A stretch of 63,720 bases of DNA, the filler included, from Asterionella formosa (lineage: Eukaryota), in the NCBI GenBank assembly GCA_002256025.1. It is 2 parts of 2 records of this genome, joined end to end, with 100 filler letters (N's around TTAATTAATTAA, not from the genome) between each part and the next. Parts side by side here need not be neighbours in the genome. Positions count along the whole stretch, not along the records: positions 31,932 to 63,720 come from NKIB01000594.1; 1 more part is not named here. One strand, given 5' to 3'. The translations under genes were made by a program, and so were the position numbers. The notes beneath the pieces are model-generated. The model saw only the letters and a program-made list of their open reading frames with translations. It ran no database searches and had not been told where the DNA came from. Numbering within the stretch: position 1 is the first letter of the stretch; every line of letters begins with the position of its first letter. Positions 50,182 through 60,926 of the stretch are shown one piece after another.

Positions 50182-53100
50182 ATGATGAACCAACGAAGAA
50201 TTTCAATGGCATTGATACTTACAATTCGTCTTGCATTATCCTCGCTATGGCGAGTCTCGGCAGGTGCATTCCTAGTTGGATTGCGGTCTACTAATAATCA
50301 TGGGCGCTCGAGGCTGAACATTCTACCGATACTCCCAATCCATCATCAACAACAACAACACTACTCTGCTCTATCCGCTACAGCGCGCTACAGTCTCACA
50401 ACTATTCCTTCCGTCCCAGCCACCAAATCGTACCGTCTCGTCATTGTCGAATCGCCTTCAAAATGCAATACTATATCAAAAATTCTAGATCAATTCGTCA
50501 AGGACCACTCCTTGGACTATAGCTACGTTGTCACGTCCTGCATGGGGCACTTGAGAAACTTGCCGACATCTCAACCAAAGGACCAACCCAAGCAACCTGT
50601 TGTTGGTATTGACATTCACAATGGATACACTCCAACGTACGTTATCTTGCCAGGAAAGGAGGGACTCGTCAAAGAACTTCAGGCGCTAGCCAGCACTGCA
50701 GATCAAGTTGTCATTGCAACTGACGAAGATCGAGAAGGCGAAGCCATTGGCTGGCATTTACAGGAATTGTTACCATCGACAGTCCCGCAAGTTCGTGTTA
50801 CTTTTGGGGAGATCACAAAGTCGGCTATTTATGCGAGCATTCAGAATCCACATGCATTGGATATGGATTTAGTCCAGGCGCAAGAAACACGCAGGATTTT
50901 AGATCGACTGGCGGGATATACTGTCTCGCCCGTGCTTTGGAAGAAAATTGCTCCTGGACTTTCCGCCGGTAGGGTTCAATCGGTCGGTATGGCCATTATT
51001 GTGCAACGAGAGAGGGAGAGACTGAAACATATCCCTGTGGAGTATTGGGATCTTCAATTGGTTCTGGAGAACAATGTTACGGCCAACATCCACAGTGTCC
51101 AGGGACAGCTAGTGGCGTCAGGGGCGGACTTTGACAACGCAGGAAACTTGTCTTCCACCAATAAGATTCACCTAGACGAGGTAGCGGCACAGAATTTAGT
51201 AGATGCCATGAAAGAAGGGAATTTTACTATTTCAAGGATTGTTTCAAAAGAACGTCGACAATCGCCTCCACTGCCCTTCACGACATCAACGCTACAGCAA
51301 GAAGGAAACAAACGACTTGGTATGTCAGTCAGTCAAATCATGTCGACGGCTCAGAAACTTTATGAAAGTGGATATATTTCATACATGCGAACAGATTCCA
51401 GTCACTTGTCCCAAGAGGCACAGCAAGCAACGATCACGAGTATCGTACGCTCCTTTGGAACCGACCTGGTTGGGGATGGACCAGGTGCATCCAAGAAATC
51501 GAAAAACGCGCAAGAAGCACATGAAGCGATTCGGCCGGCCGTTCAAGAGGACGGTTCATTTTTGGATCCGAGCATTATAAGTGTAACAGATGTCCAGCTC
51601 ACCTTATACAAATTCATTTGGGAACGCACTGTAGCCTCAAGAATGACAAGTCAAGTTGTCAATTCTACTTCAGTGGATATTAGAGGAGTGTCAGCCGATG
51701 GAAGTATTGCGCTTAATTTTAGAGTAAGCGGCAGTGTTGTACAAGAGCCGGGATATACACTGGCGTGGGACAAGTCCTCAACTGACGTGATATTGCCCAC
51801 TTGGGAGGAAGGAAAAGAGCTGGAGTTGAAAGACTTGTTGGCAAATTCACATGTTACACAGCCTCCGCCGAGGTTCAATGAAGCATCCTTCGTCAAGGCG
51901 TTGGAGGAACTGGGTGTTGGGCGACCGAGTACTTATGCTGGCGTCGTGCAAACTTTGCGAGATCGGGCCTATGTAGGATCGCCTGTCAAGGGAGAGTCGT
52001 CGGGAATTCGTCGTCAGAAAGTAGTGAGTGGTCCAGCCATCAGTGCACAACGCGCAGCCGGCGGCGAAGACTTTGTCGGAGGAGGTCGAGGTCCACTGGT
52101 CCCCTCGTTGTCCGCCTTTGTCGTCTGCTCGTTATTGGAGAACCATTGTTCTAGCTATGTCGATCCGTTATTTACAGCAACAATGGAGGAACGTTTAGAT
52201 GAAATTGCCTGTGGTCAAGTTGGCGCCGAGAGGGTAAAGTATCTTGACGAATTTTATGCTGGTAAAGATGGTTTGGCTGCCAAAGTTCTAGCTATAGACG
52301 AAACAGTTGATCCCAATGAAGCTCGGCGGGCACATTTACCGGCATTGCTCAAAACTGGAAATGGCATTGGCTTGTTTATTGGACCATGGGGTCCTTATGT
52401 TCAAAAATTGCCAATCGGTTCCGCTGATGTAGAGAAGTTTCTCACTGCGCCTTTGCCGGCAGGGATGGCATCGGATCTATCCACTATTACGACTGCTAGC
52501 CTCGAGGCGTTGCTAAGCTCGCGAGAAAAGGATGGAATCGTGTTGGGTACGCACCCTGCCGATAACCGCGAAATCAAGCTAAAGATTGGAAGATATGGGG
52601 CCTTTCTTCAATGGGGGCAGTCTGGTGACGAGAGAACCACAACGCACTCTCTACCAAAGCACCTCGGAAGCATGCGTAACCTTGATTTCGATACGTCGAC
52701 AGGTGAATTTCTCTCGTTAAATGACATGATTGGGTTGTCACTGGAGGATGCTGTGGGGTATTTAGGCTTGCCACGAACCGTGTGTACTCTGAACGACCTA
52801 CCCATTGTGGCTGCTATTGGCCCCTATGGCCCATATCTTAAATATAACAACTCCTTTGTAAGCCTCGGTAAGGCTGATGGAGATGTTTTGACAATAGATG
52901 ATCATGCTGCGATTAAGGTGGTAACAGACGGAATTATTAACAAGGCATCGAAACTTGGACGAGGCGTCCTGGCAGAGCTTGGAGAAATGAGTGGCAGTAT
53001 GGTTACCATCAAGGATGGTCGGTTTGGAATGTATATAAGTTGGAAAAGAATTAACGCAAAAATGCCTGCAGAATATCTGGATAATCCCTCGGGCTTGCCT

Positions 53101-54009
53101 CTGGACGACGCTTGGACTCTGCTTGAAGGCAAAGGAGCCGGAAGCCAAAAAGAAGAAACGAAGAAACGTAGCTCGAAGGCGAGCATCAGCAATTGGGACC
53201 TGCCACCTGCTCCAAAGAAACCTAAGAGCGCGTACCTCCACTTTTGTGCAGACAGGCGACCTGAAGTGACAGCTACTGCTACGACACTGGGTGAGGTATC
53301 GAAGGAGCTCGCCAGGCTATGGGCTGAAACAGAAAACGATTATGGGGCCCGACAGCCGTACGACGACCTTGCGGCCAAAGAGAAGGAAGCTTACGAAGAA
53401 AAGAAGAAACAGTGGCGTGATGAATGCCAAAATATAATGGACAGCTTGCCAGTTTCGCCTCATTCGACGAAGACAGCTTCCGGAAATCGAGCCAAGGGGG
53501 TAATGGGCAGCAATGCATCCTTTGATCTACCCAAACGGGGGTTATCATCTTACCTATTTTTCTGCGCTGAGAAGCGATCTGAAGTCTCCCAAAGAATCAA
53601 AAGTCTTGGTGATGTTTCAAAGGAACTAGCACGCCTTTGGTCTGAAACACATGATCGATCAAAATATGACGCGCTATCAGCTGCGGACGCGATTCGATAC
53701 AAAGAATCAATGTTGCATCTCAACAACGATCATCGAAGCTCAACGATTACCAAGAAACTAAAAGCATCCATTGAAAACCCTTCAAAGTTGACGAAGGAAA
53801 CGCTACCACCGAAACGAGTTCCATCTGGTTACATGCTATTCTGCAGTGATTATCGAAGGACCATCGTTGACGCTGACGGCAATAAACTCCCTTTTGGCGA
53901 GACGACAAAGCGGCTAGCCGAATTATGGAGGGAATGCGATCCTGTTATCAAGGCAAAGTACTATGCTCTGTCAGAGGATGAAAAAGAAATGAAGGCAAAG
54001 GCTAAATAA
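50182..54009 (+). CDS. topA: Bacterial-type DNA topoisomerase IA with C-terminal Topo_C repeats and three HMG boxes; probably plastid-targeted
   Basis: Toprim LVIVESPSK and ATDEDREGEAI, SAGRVQS, catalytic GYISYMRTDS, AQEAHEAIRP and LGVGRPSTYA. Repeated G(R/P)(Y/W/F)G(P)Y motifs follow, then three PK(K/R)P.S.Y..F...R...ELA.LW HMG boxes. The N-terminus is signal-like, ending ...VSAGAF. Confidence 0.95.
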   Translation: MMNQRRISMALILTIRLALSSLWRVSAGAFLVGLRSTNNHGRSRLNILPILPIHHQQQQHYSALSATARYSLTTIPSVPATKSYRLVIVESPSKCNTISKILDQFVKDHSLDYSYVVTSCMGHLRNLPTSQPKDQPKQPVVGIDIHNGYTPTYVILPGKEGLVKELQALASTADQVVIATDEDREGEAIGWHLQELLPSTVPQVRVTFGEITKSAIYASIQNPHALDMDLVQAQETRRILDRLAGYTVSPVLWKKIAPGLSAGRVQSVGMAIIVQRERERLKHIPVEYWDLQLVLENNVTANIHSVQGQLVASGADFDNAGNLSSTNKIHLDEVAAQNLVDAMKEGNFTISRIVSKERRQSPPLPFTTSTLQQEGNKRLGMSVSQIMSTAQKLYESGYISYMRTDSSHLSQEAQQATITSIVRSFGTDLVGDGPGASKKSKNAQEAHEAIRPAVQEDGSFLDPSIISVTDVQLTLYKFIWERTVASRMTSQVVNSTSVDIRGVSADGSIALNFRVSGSVVQEPGYTLAWDKSSTDVILPTWEEGKELELKDLLANSHVTQPPPRFNEASFVKALEELGVGRPSTYAGVVQTLRDRAYVGSPVKGESSGIRRQKVVSGPAISAQRAAGGEDFVGGGRGPLVPSLSAFVVCSLLENHCSSYVDPLFTATMEERLDEIACGQVGAERVKYLDEFYAGKDGLAAKVLAIDETVDPNEARRAHLPALLKTGNGIGLFIGPWGPYVQKLPIGSADVEKFLTAPLPAGMASDLSTITTASLEALLSSREKDGIVLGTHPADNREIKLKIGRYGAFLQWGQSGDERTTTHSLPKHLGSMRNLDFDTSTGEFLSLNDMIGLSLEDAVGYLGLPRTVCTLNDLPIVAAIGPYGPYLKYNNSFVSLGKADGDVLTIDDHAAIKVVTDGIINKASKLGRGVLAELGEMSGSMVTIKDGRFGMYISWKRINAKMPAEYLDNPSGLPLDDAWTLLEGKGAGSQKEETKKRSSKASISNWDLPPAPKKPKSAYLHFCADRRPEVTATATTLGEVSKELARLWAETENDYGARQPYDDLAAKEKEAYEEKKKQWRDECQNIMDSLPVSPHSTKTASGNRAKGVMGSNASFDLPKRGLSSYLFFCAEKRSEVSQRIKSLGDVSKELARLWSETHDRSKYDALSAADAIRYKESMLHLNNDHRSSTITKKLKASIENPSKLTKETLPPKRVPSGYMLFCSDYRRTIVDADGNKLPFGETTKRLAELWRECDPVIKAKYYALSEDEKEMKAKAK

Positions 54010-55389
54010 ATAAAATGGTTGCTCGATGGGTTTGAAGTCGATGATATCGCTAGGCAATCATTGTAACATCGTTGTTCGTAAAACGAGAAAGCCTTCTACA
54101 TTTAATCCATCAACCCACATTATACTCCACTTTGTCGCTTTAGCAATCGTTCAGCCAGCTCAGGTTCACTCTGTTAGGGCTGATGAAATAAATAAAATTC
54201 TGATAAACATTCTGATAAAACATGTGATGATGGAAGATGTTTTATCACAATTGCCTGTTGGTTTTCTTAGGGTCTTAGGGTGCCTGTTATTATCATGAAT
54301 TTGCTGATAATTCATGAATGCCTCATGATGGTTTTTGCAGTAACTTCCTGCAATTCATTTGAAGTTGGGTTATTGCTCCCAACTGTCCAATGTTTTTCTG
54401 TGATATTAATTATTTCCTGATAATGCATGAATCCGCCAATCAGTAGATACTAAAGTGATGACAATCCTACATGATGTAGCTTCTTCTTGATGGTTTCTCC
54501 ATTCTTTTCCCTGGTATAGGCATACACGCATGAATCCACTGATCAGTAAAGACTGATGTAACATAAATCCTACATTGTACAGCCAAGGTAATTATTGAAT
54601 GAATCTTCTATCAAAACAACAAAACATATGCTGTTGTTCACAGAGTATATAAATAAAAATCCACTATTGTGAGATTATACTACAGTAGCATGCTGCACTG
54701 GACACTATAACCTCACATCTGCACAACACGCCTGCCCAGTGTGCAGTTATGATAGCCACCCCTCAACCAAACTTATGATTGGCTACTCAAATAGCACATC
54801 ACGGTTTATCAGCTCTGATAAAAAAATTCGCCTCTTTTCTGGGTATGCTTATCAGGAAAAGATGCTCAGATACTTCTAGATATCATATCACCACAAGGTT
54901 TGTTTATCAGCAATTCCGCTGTCTTGCCACTTGGGGTAGTTCTACGTATTTTCTTAATTATTTTTATGTAAGGGCAACATAGGGCACATGAATTTTTCGG
55001 GTTTAAAATTACCGATTTCCGCATGACAGACAGAATGGAAAAAACGGCCATTACTATACCCCTAAAGCACAATTTAACCATGACAAAACCACTAGCAAAT
55101 CAATCAATTGATTGACAATGGTGGTGCTTTTGGCCTAAACACTACAATCAACCTGTGAGATCCTGCAAGAAAAAACGAAGCAATCAAGACAAATGGAGGA
55201 CAAGGATCGCGATACCAGAGGTGTGTGACGATGTAACATTTATGGTGAAGTTGTATTGTTCACTGTGCTAGCTTTACCATGTTGTGATCACAGGGAGAAC
55301 AAAGCCTATGAAGGTTTCTATGAACCGACATATTTGTGATGAATCACCGAAATTTCGAAATAATCAGCAAATTACGCGCACTATATACT

Positions 55390-55910
55390 TGAACTTGCTG
55401 ACTGCGGACTTGTTGTTGCCAACTGCTGACTTGATTTGCTGAAAATTTGTAATATTCGCTGACTGCCAGACTTCATTTACTGACTACTGACATGCAGTCG
55501 CTGACTGCTATCTTCAACATGCTGACGTCAAGCAAGCTACTTTGTACACAGGAAGAGAATAACTACCAGTACCGGTGAATGAATCGTGTTTCCTTTTCAT
55601 ATTTTAATAACGACGGAAACGCATCTTTTCGTTGATTCCTTCTACGTTCATACTATCAGGAGTAACATAGACGTACCTGGTACTCCGTACATGATAATAA
55701 CTGTGAAATAGACATCGATGCCTAAAAGAATCATTGCTATCTATCTACTTCTTCATATTACTACCACTATGTACCAGTACTATCGTAAAATTGCTGACTT
55801 CAACTTGCTACTACTTACTGCGGACTTCGTTTCAGTGACTGCTGACTTGATCCGCTGAAAATTTGAGAAAATCGCTGACTGCTGACTTCAACTTACTGAC
55901 TGCTGACTTC
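55390..55910. repeat. Two blocks (55390-55530, 55790-55910) of GCTGACT/ACTGACT short repeats
   Basis: More than 12 CTGAC(T) motifs. The two blocks align (ACTGCGGACTT...ACTGCTGACTTGAT..GCTGAAAATTTG...TCGCTGACTGC). Confidence 0.8.
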
Positions 55911-57286
55911 ATGTTCATTTTGACAATGAAACGACTAAGAGCTTTATGTCTAAGTAAACAACTATTTGTAAAATAACGGAGAGGCGCAAAATTTACGGGT
56001 TCGACAATTTTTGGGGTGTACCCCTGCATTTTTCTCGTATGTGAATCAATGAACAGAAAACGAGCAACATGCATGCTATTTACGCTGATTACTGGACCTT
56101 CCTGGTTGAAAATAATTGCATCAATTCTTAAAATTTCTCTGGGAAAATTTTTATTGCTATGATTTCCTCCAGCTCAATTGCTCTAATGTGCGCCATCTAA
56201 AAAGCTACAGATCGGTATATAAGATAAATGTAGTTAATTTAAAATTGGCAACTGCGTTTCAAAAAACCATTTTTGTCATGTCAATTTTCACTTTTGCCCA
56301 TTTCGAGCAAAATGCAGATGTCTGACTCCCACTTTTTACCACAAATCAACCTTAACAAGTTAATGAGAAGGGACTTGACAGTACAAGAGTTTCAAAGGAT
56401 TCTCGATGATGCTTCACGGAACCTCAAAAGACGACCCGATGGAAGAGACAAAATAGACAGTCGGTTTGTAGTATTGTTGCTGGAACCGTTAAAACTATTC
56501 TTACAAACTGTAAACTACTAAATATATTACACATAATTGAAATGTATGTTACTACATAAATTATGTTTGAACTAGATCATCGAAGGCAAAAGTCGCCACT
56601 CCGTATCCTCGAATATTCATGCGCCGCTTTGCCGAATCAGAGGAGTTGTGTAGTAGCTAGCTCTAAAACCGTAGCACTCTTTACAACATGATTGAGAGCC
56701 CTATCTCTTTTTCCTGAGATATACCTTAAGAGGTATCCCACCAAACACATTGCTTCCTGGAGCTTTCGCGCTCTCCATCTTGACTTGAATAGCCAGTTCT
56801 TTTTCACCAGTGATCTCGTCATCAATGTAGGTTGACACAAACAGGACCTTGTAAATACCCACAGTAACAGCACTTCCACATGGATAGTGGAACTTGCAAG
56901 TCCTCTCATTGTTGCATGCTCCTAGCCCAAGACTCTCTCCATCCGGCTCCCTCCCAACAACCACATCATTGGCGACAATGGTGTTTGGCTGATTGTTGCG
57001 TTGAGTCATCATCTTTTTTATCAACTATTATTTGTCATTTGTATTGTATTTGTATTTATACTCATATACTATCATGTATTTATATGTTTAACTGGTTTCA
57101 AATAATTTATTTCGATGCTAATAATTCAATTACAGAATCAGTCATGTCTATGTAACTAATAACAAACGCATTTTTTCGAGTTGCTGACCCTCACATAGAA
57201 AGATGTTATGTTGGCTACGCAATCCTTAACATGCAAACAGTGAAGACACTAGTGCTGGCAATTTGACGCAATTATTTTCAACCAGA

Positions 57287-57997
57287 CCCCTTTCTGTCTA
57301 GTAACAGTTGCATCGATAATTTAAATTTATCCGGGGCCATTTTGACTCCTACGATTTTCTCCGGCTCAATTGCTCTATTGTGCGGCTTGCTCTAAGCTAC
57401 AGAGTCATGTATATATTATACATAGAAAGATTAAAATTGGCAACTACATTTCAAAATACGTTTTTCGGCTTTTTCGACTTCCACTTTTGCTCATCTCGAG
57501 CAAAATGCAGATGCATGAGGACCCATTTTTCTTCGAACCATCTATTCTCAACATACTTACAAAGTACGATATAACAGTAGAACAACAGCAACTTGCGTTC
57601 AATTATGGAATGTGCAACCCCAAAAGTGGTGATGATAGGAAGTAAGAAAACGACGGAATGCTCGTTTTGAGGATTGTAACCGTTAAACATCCGTTGGAAT
57701 GGTCCATGTACCGGTAGGTGCAACAATCCTAGAAAGTACCGGTATACAGAACAATAATTATTCTATTCATGTTTTAATTTTGATACATAGTGGCTTTTTG
57801 TATTTGGTTTCCCGCAAATATTTGACTGGCCGGCCGAAGTGAAACAGCATTCGGCGATAAGTACATGGATGGAATGAATATGCGCATATTAATTGGTTTC
57901 GATTAATTATTTAATTTGCTAATAATTCTTCATATTCGAACAGTAAAAACATTGGTGGTGCCGGCAAATCGATGCAGCTGTTACTAGACAGAGGGAG
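57287..57997. mobile_element. Stowaway/mariner-like MITE
   Basis: Inverted repeats CTGTCTAGTAACAGTTGCATCGAT (57294) and ATCGATGCAGCTGTTACTAGACAG (57968). The right end reads TA|CTCCCTCTGT on the minus strand. Confidence 0.75.
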
Positions 57998-58470
57998 TAC
58001 CAGATACCAATGAAGAAGAGATGGAAATACATTCATGTAGAAATAACCGTATACTACGCGTCAAAGTCAATAGAAATGCCGCAATGATTGTCATACCGGT
58101 ATACATGTACATGCATACTGTATATGACATTCCGAACTCATGTGTCAGATCGTGAATCGTGCATCCCAGTTCTTGAGTAAACGTTACCAGGTACTATACG
58201 ACCGGTAAGGGGGGACGAGATTACAGTTCGACGAGACTGAACCACAGACAAGTGCTACCCGGAAGCTCTGATAAAGAATATGTCAACTTAATTAAACACG
58301 TGAACTTAGAAAATAGAAATCATATTTTCGTAAGGAAAGCTTCGCATTGAATTCATCTGATCGAGAACTCCACCATCACTAAGGATTCTGCTTAGAGAAT
58401 TGTTGTTAAATCATGATTACAAATGAGTATAGGAGTAGTCTCATAATCTAATATTCCTCGCAGCTCTCGC

Positions 58471-59793
58471 ATGTGGTCCGTACCTTTCGCGTCGTTCCAT
58501 GGAGGCGCAGTTCTGACCTTGCTGCTAGCCAGTGCTTCGCTCTCCACCGCTTTCGCGCCTCATTCCCATTCAAATATCCGCTTCCGCTTCTTCGATCGAC
58601 ATGCGATATCTATTCCGAACGAGAACCGCTTCGACCGAACAGCGCCATCCGAGGCTCAAGCCGACACACCTTGCATCATTACGATTGGTCACAAAATGTA
58701 CAACTTAACAACATGGGCCAAAGCTCATCCCGGAGGAGTTAGAGTGCTGCAGAAGTTTCACGGCAAAGATGCGACGAAAGCGTTTGACGCTGCCGCGCAT
58801 TCAAATTATGCAGTCGAAATGCTGAAAGAGTTTGAGATTCTGTCTACCGATGATGTTGACCAAGTCAGAGATGTGAATCTTCAGGTTGGCGCCAAAATGA
58901 GCAAGAAACCCCGCTGGCGTACAAAATTGTTTACTAAGGAGGACCCAATAGGGATCCACAAGTATTGTGGCATCTTCGTGTTACTCCACTTTGCTTTTCG
59001 CTACTTTCAAATGCTGTTTGGGGACCCCTCTGCAGGTTTCGGTAGTCGTCTTGGAAAAGGACCCGCCCTTTATGCTCCATTTTGTCTGATTCCACATACC
59101 ATTTTAAGTTTGTCGTCCCTCATCTTTCATACTGTCCCCAAAGAACGGGTTGTTGGCAAGCCCATGATTTGGCAAGAGTTCAGAGTCCATAACATTCTGT
59201 TTGCCATGCGATCCATTTTGGCAACACTCCTTACTTGGGGTTCACTTTACATCAGCAAGAACTCTCCCAGTCATCTCAATACTCGCCTGACTACCGTGGC
59301 TGTATCAATTATTGTCCTTACAACTCAAGTACTTGCCGATGAGGCCACCAAGCGACTTCGTGTCAATACTCTTGAATCAACGACTGCGACCATGCCATAC
59401 TGGGATGGCTGCTCAGTCGGAACCCAAAAACGGTTCAAGTCCTTCTATGCCATGTGTCAGTTTGATGCCACATTGGCCTGTCTGGCCGTAGCCAACCCAG
59501 CCTGGAGTCTGGCTGTACTTCTTCCCATTCAACTGGCATCTCTGCTAATGACATTGGTTCGCAAATCGCTCCTGAGTCCCAAAGGCCTTCATATTTGCTA
59601 CACCCTGTCACTAATGGTTCCATACCTTGTGGCATACCGTAGTGTAGGCATGCCTATATTTTTCATGTATGGATTGGGGTGGTTACTGTATCAACTGCGG
59701 CGGCAAGGAGTTAATAAGTATGCCTTATGGGTCCCAGTCATTGCTGCTAGAATTGCAATTGGTGACCATTTGCTTGGTGGATATACTTGGTAA
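58471..59793 (+). CDS. Cytochrome b5-like domain fused to a multi-pass membrane domain of unknown function, probably plastid-targeted, copy 1
   Basis: Signal peptide plus STAFAP, then YNLTTWAKAHPGG...GKDATKAFDAAAHS (b5 heme motif) and several hydrophobic helices. Confidence 0.85.
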   Translation: MWSVPFASFHGGAVLTLLLASASLSTAFAPHSHSNIRFRFFDRHAISIPNENRFDRTAPSEAQADTPCIITIGHKMYNLTTWAKAHPGGVRVLQKFHGKDATKAFDAAAHSNYAVEMLKEFEILSTDDVDQVRDVNLQVGAKMSKKPRWRTKLFTKEDPIGIHKYCGIFVLLHFAFRYFQMLFGDPSAGFGSRLGKGPALYAPFCLIPHTILSLSSLIFHTVPKERVVGKPMIWQEFRVHNILFAMRSILATLLTWGSLYISKNSPSHLNTRLTTVAVSIIVLTTQVLADEATKRLRVNTLESTTATMPYWDGCSVGTQKRFKSFYAMCQFDATLACLAVANPAWSLAVLLPIQLASLLMTLVRKSLLSPKGLHICYTLSLMVPYLVAYRSVGMPIFFMYGLGWLLYQLRRQGVNKYALWVPVIAARIAIGDHLLGGYTW

Positions 59794-60926
59794 TATACAG
59801 GTAATATACAGAAGTATAATGCTCAGTGGAACCCATACCAACTCTATACCTTGAATTCTGAAAATTCTGCTCTTTAGTTTGCAGCTTTTCTTCAATCTGC
59901 ATGGCTTGCGTTGCCGCATGTATATCAGCTTTTCTGTCAAATACGTATTCATATCATGATTCAAAAGCTCATTAATCTATTGAGCCCTTTTATAGTAGCA
60001 ATTGACTCTAGTTTAAGGCAGTGATGTAGTAACTAACTAACAACTGTTGGTAGAACCGTGAATTTTCAACCAAATCAATGGAATTGGTAATTCTTTTCCA
60101 TTTTCATGTAATGCCATTGGTTGAGTTAAACGTGTTGCCAATACATTAAAATTTCGGAGGCCTATAGAACTCTGATCATCATCACCTGTGATATACCAAA
60201 AATTGATTTTCTAAGAGTTATGACTTTGCATGTAGTCATAACCATTGAGGTAATTTCGGTAAGATGGATGATACGAGCAGTCGTCATCATGACACCATGG
60301 AAGCACTCCATGGAAGTAGTCTTTTATCATAACCCCCTTTGATTACATATTGACAGATTTGTTTGGGTTTTCACTGAATCTGGGATATTGCCGTTTTGCG
60401 AGGAATTGTAGTTAATGGGATGCCGTTGTCTGGAGCAAGAATCTGTGCATCAGGGGCTGCTTTCGTGATCACTTCGAATACTGCCCAGATTTTGCCATGG
60501 TAACTGTGGTTGTGCAGTGTTGATCTAACATTTCGGAACAATATCTTGGCGGAACAATCCAGTCTACCATCACCACTATTATGCATATGCAAGAACAATA
60601 TACGGAACCTGGTACCTGGTACCTGGTATCATTCCATAGGGTTCTCAAAAGAATCTACAAGGTATCAGGTACCAGGTACGACCAGGGCATCAGATGCCGT
60701 ACATAGGTACAAAGCAAAAGAAACGATACATCAGGTACTAAAAGGGAGTATTCCGTTATAATTGAATGAAGCGAACACTTTTGACACCTAAATCATTTAA
60801 AATGCGAACCCTGCTTTCTTTCAAGAAGCGATGGATCACATAAATGCATTCATAGACTGAAAACAACTTGCTTGTATGAAAAAAATGTATATTTATTCAA
60901 GGCATAGAAAAGGTTGCATTCAATCA

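Noticed and set aside
58471..59793. Front-end fatty acid desaturase call
   Set aside because: The b5 domain is present but the three His boxes are not.
60876..60926. 17-aa extension of b5 copy 2
   Set aside because: It is absent from copy 1 and would displace the signal peptide. It is not formally excluded.
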